A stretch of 64,000 bases of DNA, from NCBI GenBank assembly GCA_049997875.1, contig JBEKRC010000003.1, positions 18,725-82,724 on the forward strand. Reading direction: 5' to 3'. Source of the stretch: Minisyncoccia bacterium. Its GTDB lineage: Bacteria; Patescibacteriota; Minisyncoccia; UBA6257; 2-01-FULL-56-20. The translations under genes and the position numbers were made by a program. Every line of letters starts with the position of its first letter. Position 1 is the first letter of the stretch. Below are positions 46,147-54,453 of this stretch, in pieces. Below the pieces are notes generated by a model. That model saw only the letters and a list, made by a program, of their open reading frames with translations, had not been told where the DNA came from and did no database searches.

Positions 46147-47742
46147 CTAAAGGCGGTCCGGCGGAATGTTCTCGTAATTGATGATGTACTGGGCGAGCTC
46201 CTTGAACGCCGGCACGACGCTTTGCGCAGCGAGTGACGTTGAGGGCAACGTGTTCAAACGTATGAGCGCGATGAAACGCGGGTTGGAGGTAGGTCCGAAC
46301 CCCACGTATGAGTCAATCAAATTATTGGTGTAGCCGCCGTGCACGAGGTCGGGGATAAATGCGCTCCCCGTCTTCCCCGCTAAAGAATAGCCGTTGATGT
46401 TTGCGACCTGCGCCAGATCCACCGCATTCACCATCATCTGGGTCACTTGCGCCGCGGTGCTCGTACTTATCACCCTTCCCTGCGACTCCGGCGAAAGCGC
46501 CGCGTTCAGGTAGGGCCGCATCATGAGACCGCCGTTCGCGATCGCCGCAATAGCACTTACGAGCTCCATTGGCGTTACCGCCACGCCCTGACCGTATGCT
46601 GCCGTGTCAAACGCGACCTGCCGCGACTTCGGATTAAGCTCGCTCAAATTCCCCGCCACCTCTCCCGGCAGATCAATCCCCGTCTTTTGATCCAGGCGGA
46701 ATTTTTTCATGTAGCTTGTAAAAATGTCGTTGCCCATTTGATTTTCAGCGAAGATCGCACCAGTGTTGATGGAATGCTCAATCACCTCGGTTATGGTGGT
46801 GCCCGGACCGTACGGCCCGTGCGTCGTAAGATCATAGTTTGTGATGTGGGCGCTATTCACATTCACGTATCCCTTGTCGTCATACGTGGTGCTTGGCGTG
46901 ATCTTCCCCGCATCAATCCCCGCTGCCATCGTGAGCACCTTGAAGATAGACCCTGGCTCATATACCGCCTGGATGTCCGGATTCAAGAAATTCGCAATGG
47001 GCGAAGCGCTGTAGTTGTTCGGATCAAAATTCGGATCACCCGCCATCGCGAGAATTTTTCCCGTCCGGGGCTCTTCCACAATGACGCTGCCGCCGGTGGC
47101 ACCGTTCTGCGTCACAAGGTCATCCAACACTTTCTCGGCCTCAATCTGAATGTTCGGGTCCGTGGTCAAATTGATGTCGGTAGCATCCGCAAGCGTGCTC
47201 TCGTAAAATCCTTCAATGCCGTAATGGCCGCTCTCGCCGTTGTCCGTCGCGTTCGGACCCACGTACCCCAAGACCTGCGATGCCACGGTCCCCAGAGGAT
47301 AATAGCGGTCAGGTTCAAAGTCGGCGTACACTCCCTTGAGGTTCAGGTCGGTAATCTTCTGTGCCGCTGAGGGATCCGCCTTGCGCATCAAAAGCTCGTA
47401 TTGGTCGTTCGGTTTTGAAAAAAGTTTTTGGAGCGCGGCTATGGGCATGCCAAGAATCGGCGCCACTGTGTTCGCGGCCTCCGCTGCGTCCGCGATCGCC
47501 GCGGGAACCGCGTAGATCACCGGGAATTCCTGCTCAATGGCCGCCGGCAAAAGCGTGCCAGTATTGTCCGTAAAATAAATGGATCCGCGGCTGCCGCTTG
47601 TGCCCTTTGCCGCCGTTATCTCTGCCTGCGCTTTCGCGAAATAATAATCTCCTTTTGTGATCTGCAGCTCGTAGAGATGGAATCCCAGCACAAAATATGC
47701 CGCTACGAGCACTACGATGATTATTGCGAAGCGATAGGCCAT
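46147..47742 (-). CDS. penicillin-binding protein 2 / FtsI-type transpeptidase
   Basis: SxxK (SIFKV), SxN and KTG (KTGSA) motifs. N-terminal TM anchor. Confidence 0.85.
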   Translation of the reverse strand: MAYRFAIIIVVLVAAYFVLGFHLYELQITKGDYYFAKAQAEITAAKGTSGSRGSIYFTDNTGTLLPAAIEQEFPVIYAVPAAIADAAEAANTVAPILGMPIAALQKLFSKPNDQYELLMRKADPSAAQKITDLNLKGVYADFEPDRYYPLGTVASQVLGYVGPNATDNGESGHYGIEGFYESTLADATDINLTTDPNIQIEAEKVLDDLVTQNGATGGSVIVEEPRTGKILAMAGDPNFDPNNYSASPIANFLNPDIQAVYEPGSIFKVLTMAAGIDAGKITPSTTYDDKGYVNVNSAHITNYDLTTHGPYGPGTTITEVIEHSINTGAIFAENQMGNDIFTSYMKKFRLDQKTGIDLPGEVAGNLSELNPKSRQVAFDTAAYGQGVAVTPMELVSAIAAIANGGLMMRPYLNAALSPESQGRVISTSTAAQVTQMMVNAVDLAQVANINGYSLAGKTGSAFIPDLVHGGYTNNLIDSYVGFGPTSNPRFIALIRLNTLPSTSLAAQSVVPAFKELAQYIINYENIPPDRL

Positions 47743-48035
47743 TGCTGATTGGCTCTCACGTATTGCGGTTTTTGTTCTTGCACAAGTCCCTCCTTTGCCG
47801 CGAGCGCTGCCGCATCGCCGCTGCCCAGTAACCCCATAATCGTATTATTCAAATTGGTATTTGCCGCACCCGTCGCGTCAAGCTGCGCTTTCGCCGCCGC
47901 GATGCCGTGACCAAGGTTCACCGTGGCGTTATAGAGCACCACCATCCCAAACACTTCCGCAGCAAGCACAACACCGAACACCACGAGTATGGCATTCACA
48001 ATGTATCTCTTTTTGTTGGGCTGGATAAACGTCAT
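47721..48035 (-). CDS. ftsL: cell division protein FtsL-like
   Basis: 104-aa bitopic protein between rsmH and the PBP gene (the conserved mraZ-rsmH-ftsL-ftsI order). Confidence 0.5.
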   Translation of the reverse strand: MTFIQPNKKRYIVNAILVVFGVVLAAEVFGMVVLYNATVNLGHGIAAAKAQLDATGAANTNLNNTIMGLLGSGDAAALAAKEGLVQEQKPQYVRANQQWPIASQ

Positions 48036-48037
48036 GG

Positions 48038-48922
48038 TTATTGCATGCGGGCTGCCCGCAACTTCGCTGAACGGCTCCTCGGATTTTGTATCACTTCCTC
48101 CCGTGAGGCCGTGAGTGGTTTTTTTGTCAAAATTTCTATCTTTTGTTCCTTTGCCAAAACTTGGAACGACTGTTTCACGATGCGATCCTCAAGCGAATGG
48201 AAAGTAGCGATCACAACGCGCCCGCCCGGTTTCAAAATCTCCGTCAAATGGTGCAGCACGCTTTGCAGATTGCCGAGCTCATCGTTCGCCACGATCCGCA
48301 ACGCCTGGAACGTTCTTGTCGCAGGATCAATCCGCCCGCGCTCGTAGTTTTTCGGCACCGCACCCCGCACGACCTCCGCAAGCTCCCCGCTGGTTGCAAT
48401 CGGCTTTTTCCGTCCACGTTCCTTGATCGCCTTTGCAATCCTCCGCGAAAACCGTTCGCCGCCGAGTTCAAAAATAATGTTTGCGAGTTCTTCTTCGCAG
48501 AGCCCCCGGAGGATTTCCGAAACCGGCGGCCGCGTATCGTCGTAGGTCATGATGAGCGGCTCGTCCCAAGCGTCTTCGCTGAAACTGAATCCTTTTCCCG
48601 AACGCACGAGTTGCTCCGAAGAGAATCCAAGGTCCAGGAACAAGCCATCCGCCTTGCCCAATTTTTCTCTTGCAAGGATTGCGGACAGATCTGCATAATT
48701 TCCCTGCACATATCGTTCGCGTCCGCCGTAGATACGATGGGCTTCGCGCGCCTCAATCATTCCCCTGTCCCAATCCACGCCGAGAAACAACCCACCGGGC
48801 ATTATTTTTTTCACAATCGCTTCGGCATGCCCTCCGCCATCCACTGTGCCGTCAATAATGAAATCGCCGGGCTTAGGATCAAGATAATGAAGGATTTCTT
48901 TTAAAAGAACGGGGGTGTGCAT
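48038..48922 (-). CDS. rsmH: 16S rRNA (cytosine1402-N4)-methyltransferase
   Basis: ...MHTPVLLKE...DGTVDGGGHA... and a SAM-binding fold. Confidence 0.8.
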   Translation of the reverse strand: MHTPVLLKEILHYLDPKPGDFIIDGTVDGGGHAEAIVKKIMPGGLFLGVDWDRGMIEAREAHRIYGGRERYVQGNYADLSAILAREKLGKADGLFLDLGFSSEQLVRSGKGFSFSEDAWDEPLIMTYDDTRPPVSEILRGLCEEELANIIFELGGERFSRRIAKAIKERGRKKPIATSGELAEVVRGAVPKNYERGRIDPATRTFQALRIVANDELGNLQSVLHHLTEILKPGGRVVIATFHSLEDRIVKQSFQVLAKEQKIEILTKKPLTASREEVIQNPRSRSAKLRAARMQ

Positions 48923-48951
48923 GCTAGTAACAAGTTACCGATAACTGGTTA

Positions 48952-49383
48952 CTAGATGCCCAGCTCGCCCAATTTTTCCGCGATTTCTTCCGAAGCACTT
49001 TCCGTTTTTGTCTTGTAGGACTGCCATGCGGCCTCATCCCAAATTTCAATGCGATTGTAAAGCCCCGCAATGACCACTTCTTTCTTGAGGGCGGCGTACC
49101 TGCGAAGATAGTCGGGGATCAGAATCCTCCCCTGGTTGTCTATCTCCACGTCCGAGGCGCCCGCGAGCATGAGCCGCACGAATGCACGCGAGTTCGCTTG
49201 AGCAAGCGGCAACGCAATGAGCTTTTTTGCGAGCACTTCCCACTCGGCGTTCGCGAACACGAAAAGACAATTGTCAATTCCGCGCGTGATGATGGCTCCG
49301 GCCGATAATTTGTCGCGGAATTTTGCCGGAATCGCCACCCGACCTTTGATGTCCAAATTGTGTTGGTATTCTCCGAGAAGCAT
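48952..49383 (-). CDS. mraZ: transcriptional regulator MraZ
   Basis: Start trimmed to MLLGEYQH. Two MraZ repeats with DxxxR motifs (LDIKGRVAIP; IDNQGRILIP). Confidence 0.8.
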   Translation of the reverse strand: MLLGEYQHNLDIKGRVAIPAKFRDKLSAGAIITRGIDNCLFVFANAEWEVLAKKLIALPLAQANSRAFVRLMLAGASDVEIDNQGRILIPDYLRRYAALKKEVVIAGLYNRIEIWDEAAWQSYKTKTESASEEIAEKLGELGI

Positions 49384-49641
49384 GGTTTTAGAGAAGTATG
49401 GTTTTATGGGTCGCCGTCCCGAGTTCTGCACAGAAAGTGGCACTTATCCCCAGAATTATCCACAACTCACCACTTTTGTTTAATTCTAAACCACCCTGGT
49501 AATGTGTCAAAAATGATTTTCCCGCGAAAGAAGCGACTCGGGAACGTTGTCCTGTCTACATTATTAAAATAAACATCCACCAGATATTCACAACTTGTGC
49601 AGTTCCAACACAAAGGCCGCCTTCCCCGCCGGAGAAACAGG

Positions 49642-50223
49642 TTATTTCATTATCCGCGCAAGAAGTCGGCGGTAATAGTTCGCGTCCTTCTTGCCTTTCT
49701 TGACGCGCACCGTCTTTATGCCAATCTTGCGGGCAACGGATATGGCGACTGGTGAGTCGTCAAGCAACAAAACATTGCCGCCATACTTCCCAAAGAACCA
49801 TTGCAAATCTTTTTCCTTTCGGCGATTTTTCATAACCACCGTCGTTTCAAAAAATTTTCCAAAGCCTGTCTGGTTGAATTTTTTCAACTGGAAATCCTTG
49901 TGCCCCCAGCTTAACAGTATGAGCCGATATTTTTTTGAGAGCGTTTTCAAAAACGGCACAACGCCCGGAAAATTATACGCCTCCTTTTTTTCAAACAATT
50001 GCCAATATTCGCGAAGGGCGCGCCGGCGCGAGAGACTGTCGGGGATTACGGCGTGCATATGCGGCACAGGATGATAAAAACCGCGGCGGATCACTTTCCG
50101 ATAAGCTTTTTTTGAGACAGAGGCGCTCACCCCAAAACGCCTTAGAATACTTTCATGCTCCCGCTTGACCCTTTCGGTATCTATAAGCGTATGGTCCAGA
50201 TCAATGAGGATAACTTTTTTCAT
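49642..50223 (-). CDS. HAD-superfamily hydrolase
   Basis: Motif I VILIDLDHTLID and motif IV ...LLDD... Confidence 0.65.
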   Translation of the reverse strand: MKKVILIDLDHTLIDTERVKREHESILRRFGVSASVSKKAYRKVIRRGFYHPVPHMHAVIPDSLSRRRALREYWQLFEKKEAYNFPGVVPFLKTLSKKYRLILLSWGHKDFQLKKFNQTGFGKFFETTVVMKNRRKEKDLQWFFGKYGGNVLLLDDSPVAISVARKIGIKTVRVKKGKKDANYYRRLLARIMK

Positions 50224-50226
50224 CGG

Positions 50227-50300
50227 TGGGCGTTGCAGGGATCGGACCTGCGACCTTTCCGATGTGAACGGAACGCTCTACCACTGAGCTAAACGCCCCT
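50227..50300 (-). tRNA. tRNA-Val (anticodon CAC)
   Basis: Hand-folded: GGGCGTT TAGCTCAGTGGTAGAGC...anticodon loop TTCACAT...GCAGG-TCCGATC-CCTGC-AACGCCC. Confidence 0.75.
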
Positions 50301-50304
50301 TCGC

Positions 50305-50362
50305 GGGTGAACTTCCATTTCGCCTCCTGCGAAGACGAAGTCGACAAAATGGAAGTTCACCC
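50305..50362. terminator. 16-bp hairpin downstream of rplL (possible terminator or processing signal before tRNA-Val)
   Basis: GGGTGAACTTCCATTT ... AAATGGAAGTTCACCC with a 26-nt internal loop. No T-run follows on the minus strand. Confidence 0.35.
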
Positions 50363-50386
50363 ACTTCAATCCTTCTGCTTATTATA

Positions 50387-50752
50387 CTACTGAATCTCCG
50401 CCTGAGCGCCTGCGGCTTCAAGCTTCTTCTTGATCTCCTCCGCTTCCTCTTTTTTCACATTTTCCCTGACCGTCTTCGGTGCGCCCTCCACGAGATCCTT
50501 CGCCTCCTTAAGTCCCAAGGTGGTCACTTCGCGGACTGCCTTGATAGCGTTCAACTTGTTCGCGCCGCCCGCTTTAAGGATCACGTTGAAGCTGGTTTTC
50601 TCCTCAACGGCGGCCGCACCGGCTCCCGCGCCCGCCGCAACCGGCGCCGCTGCCGAGATACCGAATTTCTCCTCAAGCTTCTTCACGAGCTCCGCGAGCT
50701 CCGCCACGGTGAGCGACTCTATTTTTGAAATCAACTCGTCAAAATTTGCCAT
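50387..50752 (-). CDS. rplL: 50S ribosomal protein L7/L12
   Basis: N-terminal dimerisation region, Ala/Gly hinge ([18 protein letters not shown]), conserved C-terminal domain. Confidence 0.9.
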   Translation of the reverse strand: MANFDELISKIESLTVAELAELVKKLEEKFGISAAAPVAAGAGAGAAAVEEKTSFNVILKAGGANKLNAIKAVREVTTLGLKEAKDLVEGAPKTVRENVKKEEAEEIKKKLEAAGAQAEIQ

Positions 50753-50770
50753 AACATTAATTCGCTTGCG

Positions 50771-51292
50771 TTAGCCCGACCTTTTTGCCTTCTGATCCAG
50801 AAGATACATGAATGATCTGATCGGAGACGCGAGCATGCCCAAAAGCTGCGCGAGGAGCACTTCGCGCGGAGGCAGCTTGCCAATGAAAACCACCTGCGCC
50901 GCATCTATGGGAAGATTGCCTGTGACGTCATAGCCGCCGAGCATGTGCTTGACCCATATTTGTTTATCCCCTCCTTCCGGAACCTCAAGCCCTGAAAAAA
51001 ACCTAAACGCCGGCCCCGCAACCATATCAATTCCTTTTTCGGAAAAAATGGTTCCTACGGAGATTTTAAATTGCTTCAAATTAACATCAATCCCCCGCTC
51101 TTTCAAAAGCAAAGCAAGGAGCCGTTTCTTGATCACGAGAAAATTCGCGCCAATTTTCTTGAGTTCGGCACGGAATTTGCGCACGTCTTCCGCACTAATC
51201 TTTGTGAAGTCAGCGAAAATAAGCGCTCTGCTCTTCAGAAGCAGCGCTTTAGCTTTTTTTAATTCTTCGGTTTTTTGCGCTTTTGTTTTCAT
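50771..51292 (-). CDS. rplJ: 50S ribosomal protein L10
   Basis: 173 aa. Conserved L10 core. Immediately upstream of rplL. Confidence 0.85.
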   Translation of the reverse strand: MKTKAQKTEELKKAKALLLKSRALIFADFTKISAEDVRKFRAELKKIGANFLVIKKRLLALLLKERGIDVNLKQFKISVGTIFSEKGIDMVAGPAFRFFSGLEVPEGGDKQIWVKHMLGGYDVTGNLPIDAAQVVFIGKLPPREVLLAQLLGMLASPIRSFMYLLDQKAKRSG

Positions 51293-51442
51293 GACGTTCT
51301 AAAAACAAAAAAGGGCTTTCCAAAGCCGTATGCAGATTGCGTGAAAATGCCTCAAGGCGCCTTCCACGCATTCCTCGGCAGGCCTTATTCCCTTTTCTGC
51401 ACTAACGTGCGTGGGATGCCTGCGGTCTTTGGAAGCGCCTTC

Positions 51443-51470
51443 AGTATAATGCGCCCGCAAAATTTGTCAA
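51443..51470 (-). promoter_or_regulatory. sigma70-like promoter for the rplJ-rplL operon (TTGACA, 16-nt spacer, TATACT on minus strand)
   Basis: Minus-strand reading: TTGACAAATTTTGCGGGCGCATTATACT, about 150 nt upstream of the rplJ start. The intervening 51293-51442 is a candidate L10-leader-type 5' UTR. Confidence 0.45.
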
Positions 51471-51475
51471 CTTGC

Positions 51476-53206
51476 TCACTGACTCGCGCCTTGAAGAGTT
51501 TTCAATTGTGCCTGGAGCGCTTGCAGTTGCGCCTCAAACTGCTGCAGCGTGGCTGCGGCTGCGCTTGTGCTTGCGGCATTCGCGGATTGTCCTCCGCCAT
51601 ACAATGTATTCAGTGCACGTCTTGTTTTCGCACCCACCACGCCCCATCCGGTCGCCACAGGACTTCCCGAGCACACGATGTTCTCGTCGCACTGGAATTG
51701 CTGGACCGCTTTCTGTGTCAGCGTCCCGAAGAAGCCGGTCGCGTAGCCGGAATCAAGATACCCTTTCTGGATCAAAAACGTCTGCAAATTTTTAACGTCG
51801 CCGCTCCGAAGGCCAAGGAGCAGCGTCGTTGCAAACGTTGCCGATACCGACGTTGCAGGTGCCGACGTCGCGGGTGCCGACGTCGCGGGTACCGACGTCA
51901 CAGGCACTGACGTCACAGCAGGGGAAGCGACGGGGGCGGCGGATGCGGCTTGGGCCGCCACCGCGGGCGCGGTCACGCTTGTGGTTGCTGCAGCCAGCTC
52001 CGGCTTCACGGCCAATGTCCAAATGCCATACAGCGACGCTTGCGCGGAGACATTGCCTGCCGCGTCGTAAGCGTCGACGGCATAGTCGTAGCTTGTGTGA
52101 GAAGCAAGGCCCGTATCCGCATACGAGGTAGAAGCTGTAATTGCGATCTGCGCCTCATTCCGATACACGTAATAGCCCGCCACTCCCACATTGTCGTACG
52201 AAGAAGACCAGGCAAGATCTATTTCCGACACGGAAACTGGTTTCGCGGAGAAGTTAAGAGGTGCGCTGGGCGGCGACGTATCCGGCGGAAGCGTGGTCCC
52301 CTGCACCGGATAACTCTCGCTGGAAACATTCCCTGCGGCATCGTAGGCGGCCACATTGTAGAGATAGCTCGTGGCGGCGGCGAGGTTCGCGTCGTTATAT
52401 GTCGTTGTCGAAGAAGAAACGGTTGCAACCCGCGTCCCGTTCCGATACACGTAATAGCCCGCAACTCCCACGTTGTCGGAAGAAGCCTGCCACGTGATAT
52501 CAATCTCACTTGACGACTTAACGGTCACGGAAAGCGAGGAGGGCACGGAAGGCGGGGTAATATCCGAAATCGTCGTTACGTTCACCTGGCTGGAATAGGA
52601 AATGTTCCCTGCTGCATCATACGCCGCAACCTTATAGGTGTAGGTGAATCCCGGCGAGAGGCCGGCGTCGGTATACGTAGTTGCGGTAAACGGGTTTGCG
52701 ATACCGGGAATTTGGTTACCGTTGCGGTAGATATAATATCCTATGACGGCGACATTATCGGTGGAAGGATTCCATGAAAGCACTACCGACGAGGTGGCCG
52801 GCACAGCCGAGATCCACGTGGGTGAGGAGGGAGGAGTGGTGTTTTTTACGACCGAAATTGGAGGAGATGGTGTAGAGAGGAAAGAGACATTTCCTGCGGC
52901 ATCATATGCGGCAACGGTATACGAATATACTGCCCCGGGGATAACCGCGTCCGTGTAACTTGTGTTTTGGATATTTGCGACCAAGGCTCCGTTGCGATAG
53001 AGGTAATATCCGGCGACGCCGACATTATCGGTAGAGGCGCTCCAGGAAACGCTTATCAGGTCATATTGCGATAAAGAGGCCGAAAGTCCGGCAGGAACGG
53101 AAGGCGGGCTTGTGTCCGTAGACTGGGCACGAGCAACGCCGGTTGCGATAAGCAGGCCAAGGAGAAAAGGGATTATTACATGCTTCCCTCTTTCCATTTT
53201 CATCAT
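51476..53206 (-). CDS. secreted multi-fibronectin-type-III-repeat protein with Thr/Ser/Ala/Pro tandem-repeat linker and C-terminal peptidoglycan-binding-like domain
   Basis: Signal peptide. At least 5 repeats of ...PSxPxxLSA...ISVSWSASTDNVGVAGYYLYRNG...YTDxxL...YSYTVAAYDAAGNVS. C-terminal ...LQTFLIQKGYLDSGYATGFFGTLTQKAVQQFQ. Confidence 0.75.
   Translation of the reverse strand: MMKMERGKHVIIPFLLGLLIATGVARAQSTDTSPPSVPAGLSASLSQYDLISVSWSASTDNVGVAGYYLYRNGALVANIQNTSYTDAVIPGAVYSYTVAAYDAAGNVSFLSTPSPPISVVKNTTPPSSPTWISAVPATSSVVLSWNPSTDNVAVIGYYIYRNGNQIPGIANPFTATTYTDAGLSPGFTYTYKVAAYDAAGNISYSSQVNVTTISDITPPSVPSSLSVTVKSSSEIDITWQASSDNVGVAGYYVYRNGTRVATVSSSTTTYNDANLAAATSYLYNVAAYDAAGNVSSESYPVQGTTLPPDTSPPSAPLNFSAKPVSVSEIDLAWSSSYDNVGVAGYYVYRNEAQIAITASTSYADTGLASHTSYDYAVDAYDAAGNVSAQASLYGIWTLAVKPELAAATTSVTAPAVAAQAASAAPVASPAVTSVPVTSVPATSAPATSAPATSVSATFATTLLLGLRSGDVKNLQTFLIQKGYLDSGYATGFFGTLTQKAVQQFQCDENIVCSGSPVATGWGVVGAKTRRALNTLYGGGQSANAASTSAAAATLQQFEAQLQALQAQLKTLQGASQ
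51829..51920. repeat. 15-nt tandem repeat (about 6 units) inside the Fn3 gene, encoding a (T-S-A/V-P-A/V)n linker
   Basis: gttgcaggtgccgac / gtcgcgggtgccgac / gtcgcgggtaccgac / gtcacaggcactgac ... Confidence 0.7.
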
Positions 53207-53231
53207 TGCTTTTTATCATAACATAACCCTG

Positions 53232-53302
53232 CGGGGGCACTAGGAATCGAACCCAGGTTAGCGGTTTTGGAGACCGCCGTCCTACCACTGAACGATGCCC
53301 CC
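53232..53302 (-). tRNA. tRNA-Trp (anticodon CCA)
   Basis: Hand-folded: GGGGGCA TCGTTCAGTGGTAGGACG GCGGT-CTCCAAA-ACCGC ... GGG-TTCGATT-CCT...TGCCCCC. Confidence 0.75.
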
Positions 53303-53317
53303 TTACCGGTAATGATA

Positions 53318-53497
53318 CTATTTTCCGGTAATCCTCGCCTCCTTGTGCACCGTTTGTTTGCGGCACCACTTGCAAAATTTCTTGAACTCCAGCTTCCGCT
53401 CCACGGTCTTCTTGTTCTTGGTCGTATAATAATTCCGCCGCTTGCAAACGGAACAGCGGAGGGTGATCAATTTGTCGGCGCGTTTTACTTTCGCCAT
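53318..53497 (-). CDS. rpmG: 50S ribosomal protein L33
   Basis: Start trimmed to [30 protein letters not shown]... Zn-ribbon CxxC...CxxC. Confidence 0.8.
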   Translation of the reverse strand: MAKVKRADKLITLRCSVCKRRNYYTTKNKKTVERKLEFKKFCKWCRKQTVHKEARITGK

Positions 53498-53565
53498 GGG
53501 AACTATTCTAACGGATAGCGGGAAAATTGGCAAATCGCGCCCGCGTGCCACCCTGAACCACTTTG

Positions 53566-53639
53566 AGCCGATGGTCGGATTTGAACCGACGACCTACTCC
53601 TTACCATGGAGTTGCTCTACCGGCTGAGCTACATCGGCA
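53566..53639 (-). tRNA. tRNA-Thr (anticodon GGU)
   Basis: Hand-folded: GCCGATG TAGCTCAGCCGGTAGAGC A ACTCC-ATGGTAA-GGAGT AGGTC GTCGG-TTCAAAT-CCGAC CATCGGC T. Confidence 0.75.
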
Positions 53640-53661
53640 CCGCTCCTAATATAACCTAAAA

Positions 53662-54072
53662 TCAAATTTTCGCAAAGTATTTTTGCAGTGCCCGAAAATG
53701 CCCGCTTCCATCGTCCAGTTTACTGATCTCTACCTTACCAACCCATTCGTATCGCAAATGCTCATCAGATAATTTTAATTCGCCACCTCTGATAGAACAC
53801 CTATACCCAACGAGAAACACTAACTTCCCTGCGTGCCGATGATTATCGGGCAGGGCAAAACTCCACACCACAAAAGGATCGTAGATAATGATAGAAAGCC
53901 CCGTTTCCTCAAGCACTTCCCGCACCAACGACGCGCGAAGGTCTTTTTCTCCCTCTTGAATCTTACCACCAGGAAAATCAATTTTGTCTCGCTCGTTAAA
54001 AATGACTAGGAGTTTGCCGTCTTTTTCAATAAAAGCTTTCTGCCCCACAAAAAACAATTGATCTTCTTTCAT
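53662..54072 (-). CDS. NUDIX hydrolase
   Basis: NUDIX box GGKIQEGEKDLRASLVREVLEETGL. Confidence 0.75.
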   Translation of the reverse strand: MKEDQLFFVGQKAFIEKDGKLLVIFNERDKIDFPGGKIQEGEKDLRASLVREVLEETGLSIIIYDPFVVWSFALPDNHRHAGKLVFLVGYRCSIRGGELKLSDEHLRYEWVGKVEISKLDDGSGHFRALQKYFAKI

Positions 54073-54073
54073 G

Positions 54074-54144
54074 AGCCGGAGAGAGGAATCGAACCCCCGT
54101 CCTCGCTTTACAAAAGCGTTGCTCTTCCATTGAGCTACTCCGGC
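54074..54144 (-). tRNA. tRNA-Thr (anticodon UGU), tentative isotype
   Basis: Hand-folded: GCCGGAG TAGCTCAATGGAAGAGC A ACGCT-TTTGTAA-AGCGA ... TTCGATT ... CTCCGGC T. The T stem has two G:U pairs. Confidence 0.6.
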
Positions 54145-54205
54145 GATTTTTTACAACCTACCTATATTATAAGACCTAAATGATTCTGTAAATAAGGTAG
54201 CGGGT

Positions 54206-54351
54206 CGTTTCGCTAGATTCACCTTTATGGAGCATCCCGGAGCCACGGCGGCCTGAAGCAACCTTTCGGTTGCTTGCCGTGGCGAGGGCGAGCGGCGTTT
54301 CCCCGCCGGAGGAAACGACCGCGTCTCCATAAAGGTAAATCTGGCGAAACG
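54206..54351 (+). repeat. structured inverted-repeat element, copy 3
   Basis: 27-bp outer arms CGTTTCGCTAGATTCACCTTTATGGAG / CTCCATAAAGGTAAATCTGGCGAAACG (one G:U, one mismatch) enclosing the conserved core. Located between tRNA-Thr and dnaE. Confidence 0.7.
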
Positions 54352-54453
54352 ATTGCTATCTTTTTAATCAATTTTTTAGTATCATATAAGGGAAATTAAA
54401 TATTTATCTAATGTTCTGCATCCTCGCTTGCGAGGGCAACATAAAGAACAATT

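Noticed and set aside
51275-51910. 211-aa plus-strand ORF spanning the rplJ upstream region and the Fn3 gene's 3' end
   Set aside because: It runs antisense through a promoter/leader region and the Ala/Thr repeat-coding segment, with Cys/Arg-rich composition typical of antisense translation of GC-rich repeats. It is not a gene.
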